Made by a program: the position numbers and the translations under genes | DNA from: an uncultured Verrucomicrobiae bacterium | Lineage (GTDB): Bacteria > Verrucomicrobiota > Verrucomicrobiia > Chthoniobacterales > JAFAMB01 | Length of the DNA: 64,000 nucleotides | NCBI GenBank assembly: GCA_963813025.1 | Contig: CAWEXO010000011.1 | Coordinates: 544,001-608,000, forward strand | Direction: 5' to 3' | Shown here: positions 55,760 to 64,000 of the stretch, in pieces | How the letters are laid out: each line of letters begins with the position of its first letter | Position numbering within the stretch: the stretch's first letter is position 1 | Notes under the pieces: model-generated | The model's database searches: none | Told to the model about the DNA's origin: nothing | What the model saw: only the letters and a program-made list of their open reading frames with translations

Positions 55760-55859
55760 TCGTTCATTTTTGCGCGATCGCTAGTGGTTAATCTTGAACG
55801 AGCGCTGTTCCGAGCTGCTGCTGGTTAGTGAGAGGACTGCAGGAATGGATAACGCTTAA

Positions 55860-57071
55860 TCAAGTTTTTTGCAGCGCCCTCGATCCCGCCCCGCTTGCAC
55901 CGGCACTTGCAGTGAGATCCACTTTTTGCAAGATCCCTTTCGCGCGCAGGATTTGCTCTGCTTCTGCGAAGTATTCCCGAATACTACCCTGGCAGCGAAT
56001 CCAGGAGAGGTATCGCTCGATCCCTTGTTCCAGTGCAACCTGGGGTTGGTAACCAGCTGCGCGAATACGCGTGGTGTCCGAGATCAGGTGCCGCATCTCA
56101 CCCGGTCGAAACTCGCCATTCAGAATCGGCTCGAGACGGACATCAAGCGCTTCGCTGATCAGCTCAGTAAGGCGGCGGATGCTGACCGCTTGGCCGCTGC
56201 CGACATTCAAGGCAAGTCCGTCTAGTTGCGAGCTGGTGGCGGCTAGCAGATTCGCGCGGGCGATATCTTCAACGAAACTGAAGTCGCGGGTTTGCTCGCC
56301 ATCCTCATAGATTATCGGAGGCAGGTTGTTCAACAGGCGCGTGCAGAAAATAGCAATCACCCCGGTATAAGGATTGAAGATCGATTGACGGGGGCCATAG
56401 GTGCAGGAGTAGCGTAGAGCGACCGCCGGAATGCCCGTTTGGCGGCCCCAGATCAAAACCAATTTTTCCTGGTCGATTTTCGTAATCGCATAGACTGTTT
56501 CGCCGCTCAACGGTGTGTTCTCGGGCGTGGGGACGGAAGTCGTACCCGCGCCGCAAATCGGACAATGCACGGAGAAATCGCCTTGGCGCAGTTGAGCTAC
56601 CGGGCGGACGGGCGGGAACACCAGCCCGTGACTCGGACACCGTCCAGCTCCTTCCGGGTAAACAACCTGCGAAGAGGCAACGATGACTTTTTTTATGGGC
56701 AAATGTTTCTCGCGAATCAGCTCGAGCAGTTGGGCTGTGCCAAAGCTATTCACCGAAATGTACTTGGAGAGCTCCGGCATGTAACCGCCATAGGCGGCTT
56801 CATGAAAGACCACATCGACATCCTGCAGAGCCGCTTCCACCGCTGTTCCATCGCGGATGTCGCCCGGCAGAAACTCAAACGAGGCGTTCTGGCGGTTCAG
56901 CCAGGGAGGAGAGCCGTGGCGATGAGTTTGCGGCTCAAGATTGTCAAAGACGCGGACCGTCCAGCCCTGGGCGAGCAAGAGGTCGGTTATATGCGAGCCA
57001 ATCAGCCCTGCGCCTCCGGTGATTAGAGCACGCCGGCCGTGGCGAGCAGGGTCAAAGAGGTGGTGTTTCAC
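55860..57071 (-). CDS. NAD-dependent epimerase/dehydratase
   Basis: ITGGAGLIGS, YAITK, YGPRQ and GEQTRDF motifs. Confidence 0.9.
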   Translation of the reverse strand: MKHHLFDPARHGRRALITGGAGLIGSHITDLLLAQGWTVRVFDNLEPQTHRHGSPPWLNRQNASFEFLPGDIRDGTAVEAALQDVDVVFHEAAYGGYMPELSKYISVNSFGTAQLLELIREKHLPIKKVIVASSQVVYPEGAGRCPSHGLVFPPVRPVAQLRQGDFSVHCPICGAGTTSVPTPENTPLSGETVYAITKIDQEKLVLIWGRQTGIPAVALRYSCTYGPRQSIFNPYTGVIAIFCTRLLNNLPPIIYEDGEQTRDFSFVEDIARANLLAATSSQLDGLALNVGSGQAVSIRRLTELISEALDVRLEPILNGEFRPGEMRHLISDTTRIRAAGYQPQVALEQGIERYLSWIRCQGSIREYFAEAEQILRAKGILQKVDLTASAGASGAGSRALQKT

Positions 57072-57101
57072 GTTTTACGTTTCACGTTTCGCGGAATTAG
57101 G

Positions 57102-58559
57102 TCACTCGTCTCCCTTCAGCCGTTCAAGCCGCTCAGCCCGCTGATCATTTCCGAGCCGCCAGATGCCGAGACCAAGCAATACGAGAAAAGGCAGCCAGAT
57201 CTGCGAGTGTAACATGAAATAGTTTTGTCGAGTGTACTCGTGAATTGCGCGGTAGAGAACAAAGCATGACAGAGTAACAAATAGACCGGCGGCGGAAGGC
57301 ACAAATACCAGGAAAGGCACCAGCCAAGCGTTGTACCATGGGTAATCAAAGGACAGCAGGGCGGTAAATGCGAGCACCAAAAGGAAAGCCTGCCTGAGCA
57401 TCATTGTGTTCTGCGCGATGATTGGCTCGAATGCTTTCTCCGAACTCGGGCCGGTTGGATCTGGCGTTCCCAATTTCCAATTTATTTTGAGAAAAGCGCG
57501 GAAAGCGAGTGCGCCCAATCCCATGAGCGCGGATACGATGAACACCAGCGGCGGGATGCGGAAAGGGAGACCGCTCCAGTGGAGGAGATGATTGAGCAGA
57601 TTTAAGAAGTAATAGCGCTCGCCGGTCTGCAATCGCTCCTCGCGCGCATAGCTTGGCAAAAAACCAAGCACTTTGGAACCAACGCCAACAAAGTAGATGA
57701 GATAGAGCAGCGCCACAATTAATCCAGCGGAGATCGGCATTTTCCAATCGCGTTTTCGGTAAAGCACCGGAAAAAGCAGCAACGGAATGAACTTCGTCAC
57801 CATGGCGCAACCGAGGGCCAACCCGGCCGCGACGGGCTCGTTTTCGGCCCTGGCCAGGAAAGCTAGGACGAGAAACAAGATCATCACTGAATCGATGTGG
57901 CCAGCACTGGCAAATTCCCAGATTGGTAAAGGATGCCAGGCGTAGACCAGGACGCGTTCCCGCGGCAGATGCAGGACAGCCAAGAGTCGCACCAGAGCGG
58001 CGACGGTGGTCAGATCGATCAAAGCCATCGCCGCTTTGAACCAGCAGACCGAGTTGCTTAGGCAGGCAATGGCGTAGAACCACAGTTCGGCGAGCGGCGG
58101 ATAAATGGTTGGTGCGTAGTCTTTCCGATTTATCTTCGGATAGATCTGCGGATCGCGCAGCAACGCCAGATGCTGGTCGGCTGGTATATAGGCGTAGGGG
58201 CTAAATCCGGCTCGTTGTACTCGGCCGTCCCAAAGATAACGATAGAGATCGGTGGAGAGCCGTGGCGGATCCAAGGGCACCAGTAACAGTCGCGCTACTA
58301 CGGCAAAGATGAGAATAACGGCCAGGCAACCTTTGCCAAAGATAGTTGCCCGAAAACACCGATAGACGGCCAAGGCAAACGGAATGCCGCTCAATAACAG
58401 AAAGGTAGTCAGGAGGAAGATGTTATCGGCCAGGTAGGCGCTAATAGCCGCTAGTTCAAAGCAGAGGCAGGCGAGCCCAAGCCAAGTCAGACTTGGCCAG
58501 CGGAGAACGCTTTGTTCGCTTTCTACCGCAGAGGTCGATCCTGGATTCGGGCGATCCAT
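57102..58559 (-). CDS. GT-C membrane glycosyltransferase (GT87/DUF2029-like)
   Basis: Polytopic; STDLYRYLWDG, TIYPP, YAWHPL, GHIDS and YPWY motifs. Confidence 0.8.
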   Translation of the reverse strand: MDRPNPGSTSAVESEQSVLRWPSLTWLGLACLCFELAAISAYLADNIFLLTTFLLLSGIPFALAVYRCFRATIFGKGCLAVILIFAVVARLLLVPLDPPRLSTDLYRYLWDGRVQRAGFSPYAYIPADQHLALLRDPQIYPKINRKDYAPTIYPPLAELWFYAIACLSNSVCWFKAAMALIDLTTVAALVRLLAVLHLPRERVLVYAWHPLPIWEFASAGHIDSVMILFLVLAFLARAENEPVAAGLALGCAMVTKFIPLLLFPVLYRKRDWKMPISAGLIVALLYLIYFVGVGSKVLGFLPSYAREERLQTGERYYFLNLLNHLLHWSGLPFRIPPLVFIVSALMGLGALAFRAFLKINWKLGTPDPTGPSSEKAFEPIIAQNTMMLRQAFLLVLAFTALLSFDYPWYNAWLVPFLVFVPSAAGLFVTLSCFVLYRAIHEYTRQNYFMLHSQIWLPFLVLLGLGIWRLGNDQRAERLERLKGDE

Positions 58560-58567
58560 GCGGACGC

Positions 58568-59344
58568 TCAGGGCGGGAATTTGCCAGCGGCGTTTTCCCG
58601 GAAACGCCACTGTTCCAGGAATTTGCGCGTAATCGGGGCGGGATAACAAGATTCTTCCGCAGCAGATCGGGACATGAGTTCACGCGACAGACGTTCCAAC
58701 GACGCGGCGTCATCCACGTCATACCACTCGCCCAGAGTGACGACCCGCAAGCCGAGTTCCGCGGCCCTTTGGAGAGTCTGGCTGAACACGCGGTCCGTGC
58801 TCCAATCAATATTGGCAAATAACGCGGGGTAAAGCGTGGTCATCCCGATCAGATAATAACCTCCGTCTTCGGTCGGACCGAGGACGAGCCGGTCAGCCGG
58901 CGCACTAGTTAGCTGATCGATCAGCTCCTGGTAGTAATGTACGGGCAAGGACGGGCTATCGGAGTCGATCAACGCCACGCTCGAAAAGCCCACGGAGAAC
59001 AGGTCCCGGAGAGCATTGTGCAGGCGTTGGCCAAAATCGGAACCTCGTTGAGGGATCAAAAAGAATTCCGGCGGGACCGCTCCGAAAAATTCGTTTTCCG
59101 AACCGGCCGGCGTATAGATCGCTACACCCACAGCCTGGCCGGCTTTGCGGCAGGCCAGTGCGATATTCGCGGTTGTGTCCCGGAGAAAACATCGGCTCAG
59201 ATCAGCGGCTTGCTCCGGTCGAAGCGGCGGACACAATCTTGTTTTGGACTGGCCGGGTCGAGGCGCCTTGATCATGACCCCGAGTGCGCAATACCCGATC
59301 AGGCCCTTGACCGTTTTGTCTGGTTCAAGGAGTGCGAAGCTCAT
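58568..59344 (-). CDS. DUF2064 / TIGR04282 CofC-like transferase
   Basis: KAPRPGQSKTRL, QRGSDFGQRL, DSDSP, LGPTEDGGYYLIG and DVD motifs. Confidence 0.85.
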   Translation of the reverse strand: MSFALLEPDKTVKGLIGYCALGVMIKAPRPGQSKTRLCPPLRPEQAADLSRCFLRDTTANIALACRKAGQAVGVAIYTPAGSENEFFGAVPPEFFLIPQRGSDFGQRLHNALRDLFSVGFSSVALIDSDSPSLPVHYYQELIDQLTSAPADRLVLGPTEDGGYYLIGMTTLYPALFANIDWSTDRVFSQTLQRAAELGLRVVTLGEWYDVDDAASLERLSRELMSRSAAEESCYPAPITRKFLEQWRFRENAAGKFPP

Positions 59345-59499
59345 GGCTCGACGTTCCGTGGTTGAGAATCAAAGTTCAAGGCTGTCGCGCCAGATCGTTT
59401 TGGCTGAGCGATTTATCACGCCAGTCTGGCCAATGCAGGGTATCGAAGCGCGTTTAAGCGATGGGAAGGACCCGATGCCGGTAGATACGGTCTTGGATG

Positions 59500-60510
59500 T
59501 CAAGGGCATTGCTTTAAGGAATGGCGGGCCAGGTTAGGATTGTAGGGTTGTTGGTGAGCGAGAACACCGAAGGCGATGTGCAGGAGTTTTCGCATGACGG
59601 CACCGCGGATAGCCAGGGAGTGGAGCTTGCGCGACTCGAGACCTGCGGCCCATTGCTGGATGGGTTTACACCAGCGGCGAGCAACGGCGGCCGGCAAATA
59701 GAGTGCTTTGCGCAGGAAAGCGTTGCCGATTTTGCACAGGGTGGTTTTGCCGTAGAGCGAGACACCGGAACGGAATTCAGAAGGATTCAGCCCAGCATAG
59801 GCCGCCAACTGCCGAGCCGATTGGAACTCTTTACCGGCCAGCTCGGCCAGCAGCTTGGCGGCCGTGAGCTGGGCAATGCCGGGAATAGAGCACAGCAGTT
59901 GGCTTTGGCGGCTTAAAGCCTGATCAGCCGCGACTAAGCCGAAGATGGCCGACTCCAGCTGAGCGATTTCTTTCTTGAGCTGGGCGAGTCGTTGGCCACG
60001 CTGTTGGCTGATAAGCTCGGGCAGCGCAATTTGGTAAGGGTCTTTTTTCACCCGGTTCTGTTCCCGGATGAGCTTGCCAACCCGGCTTTCGCGCTCCCGC
60101 ACCAGCAGTTTGAATTCTTCCTCAAGGGGGCGCAGCGGCCGAGTGGCCAGTGGTTTTCGCTCCAGACAAAACTGGGCAATGATGGCCGCATCAACCCGAT
60201 CATTTTTGGTGCGGCGCAGGACCGAGAAAGCAAAGTATTTGACTTGGGCGGGATTGAGCACGCTGACCGCCAAGCCTGCTTGGTGCAGAGCGGCGATCAA
60301 TCTCTTCCCGTAGACCCCGGTGGCTTCCAGGGCGAAGTGGATCTGGGAGAGCGGCCAAGAGCGGGCCTGGAGTTGGGCTAAAAATGCTCCAATGCCGGTC
60401 GCATCATTGCTGAACTTTCCCCGCCACAGGCGAGTGCCATTCTTGGAGAGCAGGCAAAAGTCAAAGCTTGCTTTTGCCATATCAATACCCATGCAGTAGC
60501 GTTTTTTCAT
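59500..60510 (-). CDS. IS110 DEDD recombinase/transposase (336 aa)
   Basis: GIDMAK, LEATG and KNDRVDA (DEDD tetrad); SIPGIA, AYAGLNPSEFRSG (catalytic Ser) and GNAFLR. Confidence 0.95.
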   Translation of the reverse strand: MKKRYCMGIDMAKASFDFCLLSKNGTRLWRGKFSNDATGIGAFLAQLQARSWPLSQIHFALEATGVYGKRLIAALHQAGLAVSVLNPAQVKYFAFSVLRRTKNDRVDAAIIAQFCLERKPLATRPLRPLEEEFKLLVRERESRVGKLIREQNRVKKDPYQIALPELISQQRGQRLAQLKKEIAQLESAIFGLVAADQALSRQSQLLCSIPGIAQLTAAKLLAELAGKEFQSARQLAAYAGLNPSEFRSGVSLYGKTTLCKIGNAFLRKALYLPAAVARRWCKPIQQWAAGLESRKLHSLAIRGAVMRKLLHIAFGVLAHQQPYNPNLARHSLKQCP

Positions 60511-60559
60511 CAGACAGGAATTCGCGTTGAATTGGTTCTTTGTTTGATGAAGCGCTTGG

Positions 60560-60790
60560 GCGCGCGCCTGCTGACAGAGCCTTGTGAACACGGGCTTATG
60601 TTCCAACCCTGTTTGGAAGGGCCTAAGATACGGTACGGTCTTATGCAGGTGCGGCACGAGGAAGGGTGGACTAATCTACCGGACAGGTTCTACCGACCTT
60701 TGGGCGAGGCAGTTTTCCACCCTCCTCGGCCAAGTTCTTCACCTCCAGAGTTCCGCCCTTGCGGGCGGCTTTAAAAGGGAAAAAAAATTG
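60560..60790 (-). ncRNA. Bridge RNA of the IS110 element (5' hairpin, target-binding loop, donor-binding loop); ends approximate
   Basis: CCGCCC-GCAA-GGGCGG hairpin. The AGGGUGGA/UCCACCCU stem encloses CCUCGCCC and CCGGUAG. The CCUGC/GCAGG stem encloses ACCGUAUCU and ACAAG. Confidence 0.82.
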
Positions 60791-60807
60791 GTGGGGCAAG
60801 GTACAAG

Positions 60808-60956
60808 GGCGAACACTTGTTTTGAGCCGGACCCCGGAGTTGCCACCGTCCAAGACGGCTCAAACGAGTCCTCGCTGAAGCTCGGATAAGTTTTCGCCCT
60901 ACCGGTCGTGGACCAGCGGGATTTTGTGAGACAGCCTCTAAATTTTTGCCCTACCG
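60808..60956. repeat. REP cluster downstream of RAYT2 (split REP, double REP, degenerate REP)
   Basis: GGCGAACACTTGTTTTGAGCCG (+); cggctcaaacgagtcctcgct...ttttcgccctaccgg (-); tttttgccctaccg (-). Confidence 0.85.
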
Positions 60957-61017
60957 AAACAGGGCAAATAGTGAGTCAACGAGTGCTTAGAGCCGTCACC
61001 ACCAATCAGCAATCGGG

Positions 61018-61458
61018 TCATCTCACCTTGGAATCGCCAACGCGCTGGCTCGTCGTCAAGCCCGCCCTAATCGGATTCACGAGTATATACCGGTACCTTG
61101 CTTCAGCGCTGTCGTGGGCGCGAATCCGATGATGGAATGCCCCGGACTGCCATCTGCACCCTGGCTGATCGAATCGTAGTGAGACCCGCGATTTCCAAAT
61201 CTTGATCCAAAGATCCAGTCCGGCTGGGCCTGAGCCTGGCCAAGCAAAGAAATGCAGGTGATCAGGCATGATCATGTAGCGCCCGATGTGCCAGTCAGTT
61301 GCTTCTCCCCACGCTGCAACGAGCAATGTGTGTACCGTATCGTTAGCCAGCCATCTGACTCGCTTTCGGGTGCACACGGTGACAAGCACCAAAGTGGGCT
61401 GTTCGTCGATAAAAAGAACACCTTTTGCCGGGTGTTTGCGTGGCGGCCGATAATCCAT
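61018..61458 (-). CDS. REP-associated tyrosine transposase (RAYT, short type); probable frameshift near the C-terminus
   Basis: VTVCTRKR, YMIMPDHLHF (HUH), WQSGAFHHRIR and YILVNPIRAGL motifs. An alternative frame gives WRFQGE. Confidence 0.88.
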   Translation of the reverse strand: MDYRPPRKHPAKGVLFIDEQPTLVLVTVCTRKRVRWLANDTVHTLLVAAWGEATDWHIGRYMIMPDHLHFFAWPGSGPAGLDLWIKIWKSRVSLRFDQPGCRWQSGAFHHRIRAHDSAEARYRYILVNPIRAGLTTSQRVGDSKVR

Positions 61459-61560
61459 CTAACACAATTATTCGATGTGTTTTCGATCGGCGATTTAAAA
61501 CTTGAACTTTGGCCGCGTCAGATGAAGAGAGTGTGTCGCAACATTGGCCCGATCCCGCGC

Positions 61561-61772
61561 CGGTAGGTGAAAACTTTATTTGAGCCGTTTTGCGCGCGTG
61601 GCCTACCTTTTGGTCCGGCTCAAACAAGTTTTCGCCCTACCGATCTAGGGCGTTGCGCGACATGCTCTTTATTCGAGTGCCAAGCGAGAACTTGTTCGAG
61701 CCGGGCGCTGAGGCAGGTCACACCTAAGACGGCTCAAACAAGTCCTCGCTCGAATAAATTTTCGCCCTACCG
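61561..61772. repeat. REP doublets (REPIN-like) upstream of RAYT2
   Basis: cggtaggtgaaaactttatttgagccg (+61561) is inverted to cggctcaaacaagttttcgccctaccg (61616-61642). A second pair spans 61683-61772. Confidence 0.88.
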
Positions 61773-61863
61773 ACATCGGGCACGAGGGCGATTTCGTTGC
61801 ACTTATGCCGCGCTGTGATCTGCGATTGCTATCTGCAATCGCGAGCGCAACGTGGCAACATAA

Positions 61864-62256
61864 TCATCCCAGCACCTGCAATGCTTTTTTGAGATCGTTT
61901 GGCCGAAAGATCAACGTGCCGAGTTCCATGTGCGGTCCGCTGGCGAGGTAAGCGTACTCGATGTTTATACCGTGTTCGGCCAGCGTTTTTGCGACGGCTG
62001 ACAAGGTGCCCGGCTTATTGTCGTGCTCGACCATGAGCACTTCGTTCTCGACCACTAGGGTGCCATGAGACTCGAAAATTCCGAGCGCCTTGTGCGGATC
62101 GCTTACTACCATCCGGACCACGGCATGATCGACCGTATCCGAGATGGTGAGTCCGTAGATGTTTATCTTTTCGGCGGCCAAAGCGTCGCAAACCGCGGCC
62201 AGCGTTCCCGGTTTGTTAGCGAGAAACAGGGCGAGTTGAGTAGCAGTTTCCACCAT
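61864..62256 (-). CDS. Tandem ACT domain protein
   Basis: LANKPGTLA...INI and DNKPGTLS...GINIEYAY motifs. Confidence 0.87.
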   Translation of the reverse strand: MVETATQLALFLANKPGTLAAVCDALAAEKINIYGLTISDTVDHAVVRMVVSDPHKALGIFESHGTLVVENEVLMVEHDNKPGTLSAVAKTLAEHGINIEYAYLASGPHMELGTLIFRPNDLKKALQVLG

Positions 62257-62259
62257 ACT

Positions 62260-64000
62260 TTACTCCTTGGCCGCTGGGGCCGCAGCCGGTTCAGTGACCG
62301 CCGGAGCCTTGGGCGCCAACGGGATGGGGATGATCTTCCGGAACTTTTCCTCGTGAATATTCCAGTCGGCGAGAATCGATTGAGCTAGTTCACTGTCGGT
62401 TCGTTCAAGGTGTTTGTAGATCAGCTTTTTTACCAGGGTGATGTCGACGGGGTCTTCCAAAGGCAGAGCGTGCACAAGTTCCCGATTCAGGTTTATCGGC
62501 AAGCGTTCGTGCTCGTCCAAAACGTAGGCGACTCCTCCGGTCATGCCGGCTCCGAAGTTTTTCCCGGTCCGCCCAAGCACCAGCACAACGCCGCCGGTCA
62601 TGTACTCACAACCATGATCGCCGACGCCTTCGATGACGGCGATCGCCCGAATTTCGAACCGCAAACCGTTCTCCGGCTCGCCCAGCCGCGAAAAATTCTC
62701 CGCCGGTCGCGCCATAGAGGCAGGTATTGCCGATGATCGAATTCTCATGGGCGACATATTTTCGTTCTGCGGGCGGCCGGACAATGATCTCGCCTCCGCC
62801 CATGCCTTTGCCGACGTAATCATTCGCTTCGCCGGTCAGAATAAGCTTAACGCCCGGCTCAAAAAGGCGCCGAGACTCTGGCCGGCGCTGCCACGAAGCT
62901 CGAGTTCGATCGTTCCGTCGGGAAGACCTTGCTCGCCCCAAAGATAAGCGATTTCACCGGAGAGCTTTGTCGCCGACGGCGCGGTTGGTGTTCTTAACGC
63001 GATAGCAGAGCGAATTGGCAACTGATCGTTCATCGCCTCGCGCGCGTCCTGCAGGATGAGCGTCATCCAACCTCCGGCCCCAGGCGGATCATTGCGGTCC
63101 CAGGTATTATGGCGATGGTGCGAATCGTCGTCGCGCGCGACATTGACCAACAGTCGGCTAAGGTTCAGACTTTGTTGGCTTTAGGGTGATCCTTGAACGT
63201 CGCTGCCGCAGATATTCGACTCGGCCAACTAATTCGTTGAAGGTGGCCGACACCGAGTCTGCGCCATGATCTCGCGCACATCCTGGGCGACGCCGTTGAA
63301 GTAGTTGACCACATACTCCGGCTTACCCTTGAACTTCGCGCGCAGCCGTTCGTCTTGGGTCGCGACACCGACCGGGCAGGTATTCAGATGGCACTGCCGG
63401 ACGTAAACGCAGCCGGAAGCAATCAGCGCCGTTGTGCCAAAGTTGAATTCTTCGGCTCCCAGCAGCGCCGCAAAAACGATGTCTTCGCCCGTCCGCAGCC
63501 CGCCGTCGGTGCGCAGGATGACCCGGTTGCGCAAGCCGTTCAGCATCAACACCTGATGGGCTTCAGCGACACCGAGTTCCCAGGCGCTGCCTGCATTCTT
63601 GATGGAGCTTAGCGGCGAAGCCCCGGTGCCGCCTTCGTGGCCGCTGATCAGGATGATGTCTGCGTGCGCCTTGGCTACGCCGGCAGCGATAGTTCCGACC
63701 CCAGCTTCCGCCACCAGCTTAACGCAAATTTTTGCCCGCGGATTAACCTGTTTCAGGTCATAAATCAGTTGAGCCAAATCCTCGATCGAATAGATGTCAT
63801 GATGCGGCGGCGGCGAGATGAGGCGACGCCCGGCGTGCTCTTTCGCAGCCGGGCAATGAGTTCGGTGACTTTGTGTCCGGGAAGTTGCCCGCCTTCGCCC
63901 GGCTTGGCGCCCTGCGCCATCTTGATCTCGATTTCTTTGGCGGTTGCGAGGTAAGCCGCGGTCACGCCAAAGCGTCCGGCAGCGACTTGCTTGATGGCGC
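62260..64000 (-). CDS. gltB: Glutamate synthase large subunit, 3' portion (multiple frameshifts)
   Basis: [53 protein letters not shown] and [11 protein letters not shown] motifs. Confidence 0.93.

Larger units (their letters stand above)
59483..60807 (-). mobile_element. IS110-family (IS621-like) insertion sequence, flanked by a duplicated CT core, inserted into a REP
   Basis: Right end (minus) TTGACATCCAAGACCGTAT-CT; left end CT-TGTACC. Removing the element restores CCGGTAG|GGCGAACACTTGTTTTGAGCCG. Confidence 0.92.

Noticed and set aside
59470..59503. Outward hybrid promoter from the IS right end driving the DUF2064 gene
   Set aside because: In the integrated state, 17 nt after TTGACA the hexamer is CGGCAT, a poor -10.
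60511..60657. 49-aa N-terminal extension of the IS110 transposase in the ORF track
   Set aside because: It overlaps the donor-binding loop of the bridge RNA. The DEDD domain begins right after the ATG at 60510.
1..64000. tRNA or rRNA genes
   Set aside because: None were recognised by eye; tRNAscan-SE and Infernal were not run.

Overview
64 kb of a GC-rich soil-type bacterial chromosome, most likely Verrucomicrobiota (Spartobacteria/Chthoniobacterales-like), inferred from the RpoA N-terminus MPVRLGRFEMPK and the overall gene content. Many conserved genes carry single-base frameshifts, often at homopolymers, so the sequence is probably an unpolished long-read assembly. In order, the window holds: a multi-PAS/GAF sigma-54 activator; an HUH/Y1 (RAYT-type) nuclease flanked by inverted GGGGACAGGTC repeats, with a cupin gene held between ~250-bp direct repeats; class III FBPase; nirA plus a CysJ-like flavoprotein; a decayed SNF2/YqhG-like pair; beta-oxidation genes; an isolated rpoA-rplQ pair; a ~14-kb group 1h (high-affinity) [NiFe]-hydrogenase cluster with archaeal-looking HypA/HypB; a glycosyltransferase cluster; and the 3' end of gltB. 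The strongest signal is an IS110 (IS621-like) element at 59483-60807. It is inserted exactly into the GTAG of a REP belonging to the adjacent second RAYT. Its non-coding left end reads as a bridge RNA whose target and donor guides match the reconstructed target and donor sites.
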